Position numbers and translations under genes: made by a program
Part shown: piece after piece, positions 18,994 through 28,475 of the stretch
Numbering within the stretch: position 1 is the stretch's first letter
How the letters are laid out: each line of letters opens with the position of its first letter
Notes under the pieces: model-generated
What the model saw: the letters and a program-made list of their open reading frames with translations, nothing else
Told to the model about the DNA's origin: nothing
The model's database searches: none
Virus record (IMG/VR): IMGVR_UViG_3300025435_001056
Coordinates: 112,633-176,632 of that record
Origin: a virus
Length of the DNA: 64,000 bases
Reading direction: 5' to 3' (one strand)

Positions 18994-19589
18994 ATGTAAG
19001 AATTGCACAACCGTTTTCAATTACAGCTGGCGGGTGGTATGATGACTACCTAGAGATGAATCAGTACAATATAAAACTGTGGATGATCACACAAAGCATG
19101 AGCGAATTAGAACAAAACATTGCATTTCGCAGGATAAAACATTTTGTTCACTACGAACTCAACAGTACAGTATTCATCGATTCGGCTGAGACAGAAAAAT
19201 GTGCCGAATTGTCACAAGCTGGACTCAATATTACTACCTTGCCTGGTGTTCCGGCGGATCAACTGATTGGTATCATGTTGTTCCACAAACTCAATGCTAT
19301 CATGGAAGGTCGTATCAGTGTAGTTGAGGTTGAAATTTCGGCTGGAGATGCTGTAATATATCTACACGGCGAGCATGAAACTTCAGATGATGTTAAACAA
19401 CCCGATTGGTGGTCCACCGCAGATCTGATACATTCAGATATTATAGAAAACACTGAAAATATTGTAAGTTTAAGATCTGTTACTCGTTGGAAAGATCTAG
19501 ATTTGGACTGGCCTGAAGATAGTACTCCAACAGACTCAGGTAATACCATAGTTTTTGCTGACTTTAAATCTAGTGATGATACAAAATAA
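18990..19589 (+). CDS. Hypothetical protein
   Basis: 199-aa acidic ORF in operon. Confidence 0.7.
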   Translation: MNVRIAQPFSITAGGWYDDYLEMNQYNIKLWMITQSMSELEQNIAFRRIKHFVHYELNSTVFIDSAETEKCAELSQAGLNITTLPGVPADQLIGIMLFHKLNAIMEGRISVVEVEISAGDAVIYLHGEHETSDDVKQPDWWSTADLIHSDIIENTENIVSLRSVTRWKDLDLDWPEDSTPTDSGNTIVFADFKSSDDTK

Positions 19590-20088
19590 ATTTGGTGAAA
19601 TGATTTTTAACGAATCTGACGTGTGTGACTTGATCATGCAAGGTTGCGCTGTGGCAGATCTTTCAGAAATGATTGTAGACGAAACGGTAGATTTGACTTG
19701 CTGGCCCGATACCTTAAATCCTGCGCCTAATTTCCTACAACAAAAATCTCACGACTGTACAGTGTCAGAATTTCACCAACAACAACAGTCACATTGGCAC
19801 ATGCCCACAGAATACAAGATATTAGACATAGCTGAACATGTTCTTGGATTGTGTATCACCGAAGAAGAATTACAACGCTGTGGGCAAGAGTTGTTGTTAT
19901 ATCAGGAACGCAATTTATTTGATCTGCTACGCTACTTAAAGTACCTAGTAGACGTCATGACCAAAAATCAAATCATTTGGGGTGTTGGGCGTGGATCAAG
20001 CGTGGCTAGTTATGTGCTGTTTAAGCTGGGTGTGCACCGCATTGACAGTCTTTATTACAAATTAAATATACACGAATTCTTGCGATAA
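19576..20088 (+). CDS. Short DNA polymerase III alpha (DnaE)-like fragment
   Basis: WGVGRGSSVASYVLFKLGVHRID..EFLR matches the DnaE GRGS region; lacks the downstream catalytic DxD. Confidence 0.75.
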   Translation: MIQNKFGEMIFNESDVCDLIMQGCAVADLSEMIVDETVDLTCWPDTLNPAPNFLQQKSHDCTVSEFHQQQQSHWHMPTEYKILDIAEHVLGLCITEEELQRCGQELLLYQERNLFDLLRYLKYLVDVMTKNQIIWGVGRGSSVASYVLFKLGVHRIDSLYYKLNIHEFLR

Positions 20089-20115
20089 GTATACACATAT
20101 CCTAAAGGAACTATT

Positions 20116-20688
20116 ATGACCAATCAAGTTTATAAATCAGCACAGGGTCAGAGTGTTGATCTGGGCACAATTAAATTGAAAAACGAGCATGTGCGTGCTG
20201 TGGGCAACATGAATGTAAATGCTCGGGGCGACGTAGTAGATAGTAATAATCAAGTGATTGAATCCAAAAGTCGCCAGATACAGAGGCAAAATGCTCAGTT
20301 AACCAACGTGGCCGATGCTGTGGTCCATACCAGTAGCGCAGCGGCACGACGAGCTCGCCAAGCGGCTGTTGCAAGTGCCCAGACCATGCCGGTAGATACA
20401 GTGTCGGATATTGTACCTGCAGACACTACGCCCGAAACAACATCAGTGTCTATGGTTCCAGTTGAACCACTGGTAGAAGTGCCAGACCCTGTTGAACCGC
20501 TCGTGACAGCGCCGTCTCCGGTCGAACCAACAAATATAGCAGATGCAATTGCACAGTCCACTCCAGCTACATCCGCTACAGGCGGCGGATTAGCAGCAGC
20601 TATTGCAAGATCCAAAACAATCAAACAAGAAAAAGAAAAAACTTTTAGACAACTACAACAAGATACACCAGGAGTAAGGAAGATTTAA
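20116..20688 (+). CDS. Hypothetical protein (conserved N-terminus, Pro/Ala/Thr-rich linker)
   Basis: AVGNMNVNARGD motif; AAGGA RBS; TAAGTA upstream. Confidence 0.7.
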   Translation: MTNQVYKSAQGQSVDLGTIKLKNEHVRAVGNMNVNARGDVVDSNNQVIESKSRQIQRQNAQLTNVADAVVHTSSAAARRARQAAVASAQTMPVDTVSDIVPADTTPETTSVSMVPVEPLVEVPDPVEPLVTAPSPVEPTNIADAIAQSTPATSATGGGLAAAIARSKTIKQEKEKTFRQLQQDTPGVRKI

Positions 20689-21086
20689 TGAAAAAACCAG
20701 CTTTTGCACCACACAAGTTAAACCGTCGGCAAATTAAAGCCTTGCATGATGATATCCTAGTACACGACATGGCATTTGATACACGTATTACCCAAGGCGG
20801 TATTTGGATACCAAATGACAACGGCAAGGGACACGGCATCCGCCCTAGATGGGGTCGTGTGTATGCCGTAGGTCCAGAACAACAGGAAGTAAGAGTTGGG
20901 CAATGGGTCATGGTCGAGCATGGTCGTTGGACCCGTGGGTTAGAAATTGAAGACGAATCTGGAGAAACCACCATCCGTAAGGTCGATCCTGATTGTATCA
21001 TGATGATATCCGATGAGGAAGAATGTCCCGATGCTGAAGGCATTAGCACCGCAGTACATATTGACAGCAAAACCATGCCAGCCTAG
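20688..21086 (+). CDS. groES: GroES-like co-chaperonin
   Basis: IKALHDDILV..TQGGIWIP..GRVYAVGP..VRVGQWV GroES fold pattern. Confidence 0.8.
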   Translation: MKKPAFAPHKLNRRQIKALHDDILVHDMAFDTRITQGGIWIPNDNGKGHGIRPRWGRVYAVGPEQQEVRVGQWVMVEHGRWTRGLEIEDESGETTIRKVDPDCIMMISDEEECPDAEGISTAVHIDSKTMPA

Positions 21087-21366
21087 TGAAATTTTGCAGA
21101 TGCAATCTACTATGATTAATCGCTTACTGTAGTCACGGTTGGAACGATAGTATCAACCTTTGCACCCTTTACAACAATGGGCATTGCCCGTTGGTGCAGA
21201 GATCATTTACATGACAAGAATTGTAAATAAAAACACCTAAATGGTTGCAAGAGTTCAAAGAAAAGCGTAAAATCAAAAAACAAGAGGAATTAATACGGGC
21301 GTTACGACGCCCCAAAAACAAACAACGCCGACCAGCGGCAAAGTTTGCAAACAAAATAGGATCAAA

Positions 21367-22287
21367 ATGAAAGAACTTTGGGTAGAAAAATATAGACCAC
21401 AAACCATGGACGGTTATGTGTTTGTGGATGCTGCACAGCGTGAACAGGTTGCCGCTTGGATACAAGATAAAACTATTCCACATCTCCTGTTCTCGGGCAG
21501 TCCCGGCACAGGCAAGACCACCTTGGCCAAGATGTTGGTTTCGGAACTGGGCATTGATGAATATGATGTCATGTGGGCTAACGGATCCAAAGAAGCTCGT
21601 AAGATTGAATGGGTAGACAAGTTGATCTCGTTTTGTCAGACCATGCCCTATGGTGATTTCAAAGTGGTCATGATCGACGAAGCTGACTACATGAATCCTG
21701 CTTCGGTACAGCCAGCCTTGCGTAACCTCATGGAAGACTACAGTGCCACAGTGCGTTTTATCCTGACTTGTAACTATCCTAACAAGATTATTCCACCTAT
21801 CCATAGTCGTTGTCAACAGCTACACATTGTCAAAACTGATCTAACAGAATTCACAGCCAGGGTAGCCACTGTCTTGGTCACCGAAGCGGTAGAATTTGAT
21901 TTGGATACCTTGGACAGCTATGTGCGTGCTACATATCCAGATCTGCGTAAATGTCTAAACCTAGTCCAACAAAACAGCCAATCTGGCACCTTGACAGCAC
22001 CCAATAGCACAGACAAGAGTGTAGGTGATTGGAAACTGGATTGTGTACAGTTATTCAAAGATGGCAAGATGCGAGAAGCCAGAACACTCATGTGTCAACA
22101 GAGCACTCCTGAGGAAGCCGATGACATATTCCGCTGGATGTATGACAATTTAGATCTTTGGTCAACTGATCCGCACAAGCAGGATCAAGCGATTGTAATT
22201 ATTCGCAACGGCCTGGTCAATGTGCCCATGGTAGTTGATCAAGAAATAAATCTAAGTGCTACACTCACGGAATTATGTCAACTGTAA
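21367..22287 (+). CDS. gp44: Clamp loader AAA+ subunit (T4 gp44 / RFC small subunit-like)
   Basis: LWVEKYRP, GSPGTGKTT, IDEADY, ILTCNY, SRC motif. Confidence 0.92.
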   Translation: MKELWVEKYRPQTMDGYVFVDAAQREQVAAWIQDKTIPHLLFSGSPGTGKTTLAKMLVSELGIDEYDVMWANGSKEARKIEWVDKLISFCQTMPYGDFKVVMIDEADYMNPASVQPALRNLMEDYSATVRFILTCNYPNKIIPPIHSRCQQLHIVKTDLTEFTARVATVLVTEAVEFDLDTLDSYVRATYPDLRKCLNLVQQNSQSGTLTAPNSTDKSVGDWKLDCVQLFKDGKMREARTLMCQQSTPEEADDIFRWMYDNLDLWSTDPHKQDQAIVIIRNGLVNVPMVVDQEINLSATLTELCQL

Positions 22288-23060
22288 ACAAAAATTTAAA
22301 TGTTTGTTTCGATGGATGTAGTCTTACTGTTGGAGAAGGGTTTCCTGAGCAACTGCGGGATGATTACATTTATGATAGACTACTAACTAAAAAATTTAAT
22401 TTCAACAGCACAAATATTGCCCAACCTGGGTCTGGCAATCATGTAATTTTTATGCGCACGGTACAGGCGTTAAAAGAAAAAAAATATGATATTGTGTTTG
22501 TGCAGTGGAGTGGGTTGAATAGACTGTGGTTGAGCCCTGGGCCGGAAGTATGGTATGTTGCCATGATCAACAAGAGCATCACCGAATTTAGATATCGCGA
22601 CATTTACCTGGGCAAAAAAGACAAATTAAAATTTGAAGAAACCGTGGCATTATTAAATCACAATTATCAAAACATATTTGATTTAATCACCTATTGCGAC
22701 ATTTTATCGAATCTGGCAATTATAAATTCTACTAAAATTGTTTTTATAAATGGACTGGTTCCTTGGCAAGATGATTTAATCAAGCCGTTTGATACCAATA
22801 ATCCTAGTGAGTCATTGAGTGACTATACAAAAAACATGTTAGAGTTTGATGATCGCAACGATGAAGAAATTATTTTATTTTTTTCTAAACTACAACAAAA
22901 ATTTACCGAACTAGATAAATCGTTATGGGTCAATCTATTTGATTCGTTTTATAAGAATAGTATCGACGTCGGTCCCGAAGGACATCATCCTGGTATAAAA
23001 AGTCATCAATGGATGGCAGAGCAAATAACTAATTACATTAACACTAAAAACTTTTTATGA
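22275..23060 (+). CDS. SGNH/GDSL hydrolase-like protein
   Basis: DGCSLTVG, NIAQPGSGN, VFVQWS, GHHPGIKSH. Confidence 0.65.
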   Translation: MSTVNKNLNVCFDGCSLTVGEGFPEQLRDDYIYDRLLTKKFNFNSTNIAQPGSGNHVIFMRTVQALKEKKYDIVFVQWSGLNRLWLSPGPEVWYVAMINKSITEFRYRDIYLGKKDKLKFEETVALLNHNYQNIFDLITYCDILSNLAIINSTKIVFINGLVPWQDDLIKPFDTNNPSESLSDYTKNMLEFDDRNDEEIILFFSKLQQKFTELDKSLWVNLFDSFYKNSIDVGPEGHHPGIKSHQWMAEQITNYINTKNFL

Positions 23061-23353
23061 GATACTTATTTTTAACCTACTATCAAAAACCCACTGGCAA
23101 GATCGATGAAGTCATGACTATCGCTAACCGGATACGTCGCAAAGATCTCCAGACCACTAATGTGATCTTAGACTTTGAAGAACAAAAGGTTGTACTGTGC
23201 AGTGTGTCGGGGATCACAGCCAAAAAGGATTGGGACACCATTGTGAGCTACTACTATCAACACTATCCGGCCACCATTGAGCGCCTGTTCCAGGAGAACG
23301 GGCATGAATTAGACATAAAAGCACCTGCTACGGCCGCCGCTACCGCCGGTTGA
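23057..23353 (+). CDS. Hypothetical protein
   Basis: 98-aa ORF with ATGA overlap. Confidence 0.7.
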   Translation: MRYLFLTYYQKPTGKIDEVMTIANRIRRKDLQTTNVILDFEEQKVVLCSVSGITAKKDWDTIVSYYYQHYPATIERLFQENGHELDIKAPATAAATAG

Positions 23354-23378
23354 CCAAAAAGTCATTTCGTAGTATAAT
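23350..23378 (+). promoter_or_regulatory. sigma70-type early promoter
   Basis: TTGACC-N17-TATAAT, 6 nt before ATG 23385. Confidence 0.8.
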
Positions 23379-23384
23379 AATACT

Positions 23385-23987
23385 ATGAAATCAAAATTTA
23401 AGAACCTAAAACGACTGATCCTGACCGACTGCGACGGCGTTTGTTTAGATTGGGAATGGGCATTCAATGTCTGGATGCAAGAACACGGGTTCGTTGAACA
23501 AGAGGGTTCAAAATTTGAATATGACATGAGTTTGCGGTATGGTATCACTAGAGAGCAGGTAATCAAACTGATCAAGGTATTTAACGAAAGTGCCGCGATT
23601 GGATTCCTTCCGGCACAGCGTGATGCCATGTTCTATATCAAACGTCTACACGAAGAACATGGATTCAGATTCCATGCCATTACTAGCGTAAGCCTAGATC
23701 CCAACGCAATCAAACTGCGTGAAATGAATATACACAAGCTGTTTGGTCCTACCGCATTTGAACGGATTGTATGTCTAGATACCGGAGCACACAAAGACGA
23801 AGTACTTGAAGAATACGAAGGCACTGGTTGCTGGTGGATTGAGGATAAGCCAGCTAATGCCGAAGCAGGCTATCGTGCAGGACTAAAATGTTTGTTAGTA
23901 GAACACGGGCACAACATGAACTATAATCACAAACATATACAGCTGGTCAAAAATTGGAAACATATTTACGAAATAGTTACTCAGTAA
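23385..23987 (+). CDS. HAD-superfamily phosphatase (5'(3')-nucleotidase-like)
   Basis: LTDCDGV motif I, ITS motif II, WIEDK motif IV. Confidence 0.8.
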   Translation: MKSKFKNLKRLILTDCDGVCLDWEWAFNVWMQEHGFVEQEGSKFEYDMSLRYGITREQVIKLIKVFNESAAIGFLPAQRDAMFYIKRLHEEHGFRFHAITSVSLDPNAIKLREMNIHKLFGPTAFERIVCLDTGAHKDEVLEEYEGTGCWWIEDKPANAEAGYRAGLKCLLVEHGHNMNYNHKHIQLVKNWKHIYEIVTQ

Positions 23988-24954
23988 CGCCGCAAACAGT
24001 ATTACAGTTGTAAATTTGACGATCAGTGCTCCAGGTTTTTTCGATACGATCAAACCAGGTCATAGCTTGTTCTATACCAACTTGGTTGGCATTGTTACAC
24101 TCAGGCAAGATTTGTTTAAGCCCAGGATTTCCTGTATGATTCATTTGTCTAGGATAGAATCCTAACCAACAACAGGGAGATACTTCTCCAGTAGCACTGA
24201 CATATAAAGATTTTGATTTTGCAACTTTGCAATCGATCCTCTTGGGGGTTGTTACAGGATCTATAAGATTATTTCTGCGAGATCCTTCCCACCACATGAT
24301 TTTGTCTTCCCAATTTTTTGGTTCAATGTTGTCGCCTATGTCGTGTGAAAATTCTCGATTGCGATTGAATACTGAAAAACGACTACGACCCTGATCAATT
24401 AATTCAAATTTTTCAAATCCCATTTGCTGGCTTAATTCACGACAAGCATCAATTTGATGTAAATTATGATCAAATTTAATCATTGACCAAATTGCATGCC
24501 CACCTGCTGCAATAAATTTACGAGCATTTTCTAATATAAAATGATAATCGGTGTATTGTCTATATAAGTGATGAGTATCTTCGAGTCCTTCTATTCTAAA
24601 ATGTACGGTAACGCCTAGTCGACCCAATGGTTCCCAAACCGATGGTTTGGCACTGCCATTGGTGGATATCACAATATGAAGAGCGGAATTTTTTTCTAAA
24701 AAATATCGTACAATTTCTAATCCATCACGACAAGTAATAAAATCTCCAAGGTTACCATTTATGTTAATGATTTTAAGTTGCTGTAAAAACTCTGGTTGAA
24801 AAATAGTTTTGGCCTCTGCAAGAGTCATATCGTGTATAGGATAGTCGTCAACTACGTCAACTCCGCCCATGTTCCTAGGACAACCAGGACAACCAGCATT
24901 GCATCGAGTGGAAATTTCTAAGTGTATTTCTTTGACTTCGGAATAGGAGTACAT
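23977..24954 (-). CDS. Radical SAM protein with SPASM/twitch domain
   Basis: CNAGCPGC, GNLGD, STNG; C-terminal C..GEVSPCC..CNTVC; TAAATA 5 nt upstream of ATG 24954. Confidence 0.85.
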   Translation of the reverse strand: MYSYSEVKEIHLEISTRCNAGCPGCPRNMGGVDVVDDYPIHDMTLAEAKTIFQPEFLQQLKIININGNLGDFITCRDGLEIVRYFLEKNSALHIVISTNGSAKPSVWEPLGRLGVTVHFRIEGLEDTHHLYRQYTDYHFILENARKFIAAGGHAIWSMIKFDHNLHQIDACRELSQQMGFEKFELIDQGRSRFSVFNRNREFSHDIGDNIEPKNWEDKIMWWEGSRRNNLIDPVTTPKRIDCKVAKSKSLYVSATGEVSPCCWLGFYPRQMNHTGNPGLKQILPECNNANQVGIEQAMTWFDRIEKTWSTDRQIYNCNTVCGVTE

Positions 24955-24962
24955 TTTTATAT

Positions 24963-25709
24963 TTATTGTAGTATAGATTCGCACATGGTTTTAGACCAAT
25001 GCTGACCAAACAAATCTATAGAGTCGGGCGATTTTGCCATTTCCAAATTTGTTTGCCATAGTTTATGATAACATGGAGCGATATCAATATTGAGTAACTC
25101 AGACAAACGTTTGCTACCATCGGGCGATATCACATCTTTATAAGGTATAGTCACGTGCGGAAAATTTACAAAAGGAGTTGAATTATTTCTCACAGATAGT
25201 TGTTTTTTGAAAATCTTGCATCGATCTTGGTTTGTTATTATTTGATTTTTGAATTGGTAATCTATGTGATATTTTGGTAAATTGTATTCGATAGCATGCC
25301 GACGGGTGTCATAAAATCCAAAAGTTTTGACACAAAATTCCCAACATAAAGTTGCAAAGTCAACTCCGGTGGTATCGATCACAATAATTTTTATAGCCGG
25401 TAAATCGTCTGTGCATATTTGATTGTTAATATGCCATCCGTGGCAAGCGCCCGAATAAACATATTCAGCATTGGAATCTAAATGCCAATTTTGTTTTTGT
25501 AAATAGTCACGGAGATTATTAGGGCCAATATCCGGCAACTTGTCAAGATTTCTCATTGCCTGTTGAACACCGTGACTACGGCCAGTTAGGGGGTCTATAA
25601 TCCACTCATTGTTGATTGATCCTGGCAAACTACCAAGCCACCCAGCAACAAAGTCGGTTCTAGAACCACCACAACCTAAGGTTAAGTAAAGAGATATAGG
25701 GTAGGTCAT
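24963..25709 (-). CDS. Hypothetical protein (possibly sulfotransferase/P-loop-like)
   Basis: 248-aa ORF; N-terminal GCGGSRTDFVAGWL. Confidence 0.6.
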   Translation of the reverse strand: MTYPISLYLTLGCGGSRTDFVAGWLGSLPGSINNEWIIDPLTGRSHGVQQAMRNLDKLPDIGPNNLRDYLQKQNWHLDSNAEYVYSGACHGWHINNQICTDDLPAIKIIVIDTTGVDFATLCWEFCVKTFGFYDTRRHAIEYNLPKYHIDYQFKNQIITNQDRCKIFKKQLSVRNNSTPFVNFPHVTIPYKDVISPDGSKRLSELLNIDIAPCYHKLWQTNLEMAKSPDSIDLFGQHWSKTMCESILQ

Positions 25710-25729
25710 ACCCTATATTTACTATTTGA

Positions 25730-26470
25730 TTACTCGGCATAAAGATTTAGCACGCTATCGATGATAGCATGCCGCTGTATGTCGCGATTATCTAAATTAC
25801 ATACAGCTATTCCTTTTACACCCCCTTTCTGCAATCTTTGGCACAGGTCTATCAGACCATTATTGCCGCGGCTGCGATCCGCCTGTTCTACGTCGCCCGT
25901 GATTACAATCTTACTGTCTTGGCCGATACGGGTCATCAGCATTTTGCATTGTGCTGGCGTGGCATTTTGCATTTCGTCAGCTACAATATATGCATTTTTT
26001 AACGTTCTGCCCCTCATAAAAGCCAGCGGAGCAATCTCTATAGTTTGCTCTTCTATCATAGCGGCTATATCGGGTTGACGATAGTACTCGCGAAGAATAT
26101 CTGTCAATGGTCGTACCCAAGGATCCATTTTTTGATTGAGGTCGCCGGGTAAGAAACCATGTTTTTCGTCTTCTACACCCACTGCTGGGCGTGTTAACAC
26201 TATACGATCTACTGCTCCTTCTCTAAATGCTTTTACTGCTGCCAGCATGGCCAAATAGGTTTTTCCTGTTCCTGCTGGACCTGCTGTAACCACAATCGAC
26301 TGATTTTTGTCCTGCAAGGCCAAAACCAACCGCTCTTGATTTCTTGTACGTGGTACAATATCAATAGGCCGTTGTTTTTGTGGTTTTGGTTGATCAAAAC
26401 GGATTGTGTTTTCTTGTAATGTCATTTTCTGACGCTTTTGTGATTTGCTAACTACTTTTTGTCTACTCAT
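25730..26470 (-). CDS. phoH: PhoH-family ATPase
   Basis: GPAGTGKT, IVLTRPAV, GFLPGD, PLAFMRGRT, DEMQN, ITGDVEQAD. Confidence 0.95.
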   Translation of the reverse strand: MSRQKVVSKSQKRQKMTLQENTIRFDQPKPQKQRPIDIVPRTRNQERLVLALQDKNQSIVVTAGPAGTGKTYLAMLAAVKAFREGAVDRIVLTRPAVGVEDEKHGFLPGDLNQKMDPWVRPLTDILREYYRQPDIAAMIEEQTIEIAPLAFMRGRTLKNAYIVADEMQNATPAQCKMLMTRIGQDSKIVITGDVEQADRSRGNNGLIDLCQRLQKGGVKGIAVCNLDNRDIQRHAIIDSVLNLYAE

Positions 26471-26530
26471 GATACTCCGTGTAGTGGGTTAGATTACTTC
26501 CAACAGCACCGTGCTGTCTTAATTATTTAG

Positions 26531-26561
26531 GTACCCATACTCAAAAGTTTAGTATGGGTAC
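26531..26561. repeat. Perfect 11-bp inverted repeat between divergent late promoters
   Basis: GTACCCATACT-N9-AGTATGGGTAC. Confidence 0.8.
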
Positions 26562-26648
26562 TAAATGATTTAAATCTAGTATAAGTATTAGACTGTACAC
26601 TCAACTCTCCAAACTGTTCATAGTTGTAAATTAACCATAAATAATCAT

Positions 26649-27227
26649 ATGGATCAAGAAATTTTTAAAAATCATCAAGACTACTGGCAAGTTGCCAAAA
26701 ACATTCGTGACATCTACATGAGCGAAGGTAGTCTGCTTACTCTGTTGGATTTTGAACGAGTGCTAGATGAACTAGATATCTATGCGTTCAAAAACTGGAG
26801 CATAGGCGAACTGGTACAGGGCCCCACAGTTAGCAAGTATCGTGTAAGTTGCATATTCATGTGGCCTGAAAAACTCATGCCAGATCCGCGTGGTGCTTGT
26901 AGACTCTTGCCATTTGACTGCAAGGTCGAATACAAAAAAACCACAATGAAAATTCCAGTCAAGATTATGGATCCGTCGGACTATCGCCCAGGCACACACA
27001 AGGCCAAGATTACCGAAAAGAAAATATGGCTGGTAGAGATAACCATGCCCAAGAGTCTCATGAGCGACATACGCACCGGTTCTGTAGAACTAGAAGACCA
27101 AGACATTGACTTGGCTGACCTAGATGATGCTTACGAACAGGATCTAGATAAAGACGAATTACAAAATCAACAACAAGCCCAAAATGCACAACAATCACTT
27201 AGCCAACCTCAAACGCCTGGTTTCTGA
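26649..27227 (+). CDS. Conserved hypothetical phage protein
   Basis: DFERVLDELDIYAFKNW..GELV.GP..MPDP.G; TAAATA 5 nt upstream. Confidence 0.75.
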   Translation: MDQEIFKNHQDYWQVAKNIRDIYMSEGSLLTLLDFERVLDELDIYAFKNWSIGELVQGPTVSKYRVSCIFMWPEKLMPDPRGACRLLPFDCKVEYKKTTMKIPVKIMDPSDYRPGTHKAKITEKKIWLVEITMPKSLMSDIRTGSVELEDQDIDLADLDDAYEQDLDKDELQNQQQAQNAQQSLSQPQTPGF

Positions 27228-27753
27228 AAGCCTAGACTATAAAGAAATGGAAGGCTTGATGAAGCCTACAATTCATGTGGATGAATTTTCAAGTAAGATG
27301 GGCGACGACGATGACATCATTGTGGTCAGTTTTTTTGTGCGTGATGCTCAGGCCGCAAAGGATCTAATGACCTGGTTTGAAAAAGGTTATGATTTTGTGT
27401 TGGATGCAGATCGTAGTCCAGGCGAAATCAAACCCAATCGTTATCTAGTGTATGTAGAAATTCGGCGTCGTAGCACAGCCGGGGCACATGTGGAACAACT
27501 CTTAAACGACCTCAATACTTTGACCGAACACCAAGGCAGTTCGGCCTGGACCATGCACTACAAGGGCGAATCAATTCCATTTACAATGGAAACTTTTGAA
27601 CAGTTGGTACCATTAAGTCCTAGAGCTTACCGTGAGCGTTACGAGCAAGATCTCAACGAAATGCGCACAGCTGCCGGAGTCCCGGTGGTCACCCACTACG
27701 ATCGAAAAGACCCGGCCTTGCAATCTATTCAATCAGCCGCTGGCCTACTATAA
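27184..27753 (+). CDS. Hypothetical protein
   Basis: 189-aa ORF overlapping the previous gene. Confidence 0.7.
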   Translation: MHNNHLANLKRLVSESLDYKEMEGLMKPTIHVDEFSSKMGDDDDIIVVSFFVRDAQAAKDLMTWFEKGYDFVLDADRSPGEIKPNRYLVYVEIRRRSTAGAHVEQLLNDLNTLTEHQGSSAWTMHYKGESIPFTMETFEQLVPLSPRAYRERYEQDLNEMRTAAGVPVVTHYDRKDPALQSIQSAAGLL

Positions 27754-27791
27754 AATCATAGTGTTATCGTAATCTAGGTATATAATTGCCT

Positions 27792-28475
27792 ATGAAACTA
27801 AAAAGTTTTGGATGTAGTTTTATCTTTGGTTCAGAACTGGCCGATGATGGGCATGGTGGACCGTATGCTACGCCTAGTCAGTTGACTTGGCCTGCACATT
27901 TAGCTAGTTATTTAAATCGTCAATACGAATGCTATGCTCGTCCAGGGTCTGGGAATCTACAGATATTAGAAAGTATCTTAAATCAAGCAGCCACCAGTAC
28001 CAGTTCGGATTTATTTGTTATTGGATGGACCTGGATCGATCGATTTGATTACTACCCAACAAATCCCAACACGCCTAGTCGCAGTCCTTGGCGTACTATT
28101 ATGCCGGTAGATACCGATACAGTAGCTCAAGTTTACTATAGAAATCTACATTCAGAATATCGTGACAAACTTGTTTCTTTGGCCAATATCAAATTGGCCA
28201 TTGATACATTACAACAACGACAAATTCCCTTTGTGATGACCTACATGGATCAACTGTTGTTTGATCAGCAGTGGCATATTACCCCGGCTGTGATCGAACT
28301 ACAAACCTATGTGCAACCTTTTATGAAAAATTTTGATGGACAAACATTTTTAGAATGGAGCAGGGCCAATGATTATCCAGAAACTGCGGCTTGGCATCCT
28401 TTAGAAGAAGCACACCGAGCCGCATCTGATTTTATGATTAAAGTTTTTGATAAACAAAATACAGGCGATTGTTAG
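27792..28475 (+). CDS. SGNH/GDSL hydrolase-like protein
   Basis: FGCSFIFG, ARPGSGN, IGWTWIDR, WHPLEEAH; paralogous to the 22275 protein. Confidence 0.65.
   Translation: MKLKSFGCSFIFGSELADDGHGGPYATPSQLTWPAHLASYLNRQYECYARPGSGNLQILESILNQAATSTSSDLFVIGWTWIDRFDYYPTNPNTPSRSPWRTIMPVDTDTVAQVYYRNLHSEYRDKLVSLANIKLAIDTLQQRQIPFVMTYMDQLLFDQQWHITPAVIELQTYVQPFMKNFDGQTFLEWSRANDYPETAAWHPLEEAHRAASDFMIKVFDKQNTGDC

Noticed and set aside
21169-21816. 215-aa minus-strand ORF (likewise 33703-34311 and other antisense ORFs)
   Set aside because: Antisense to well-supported genes, with no recognisable motifs or expression signals
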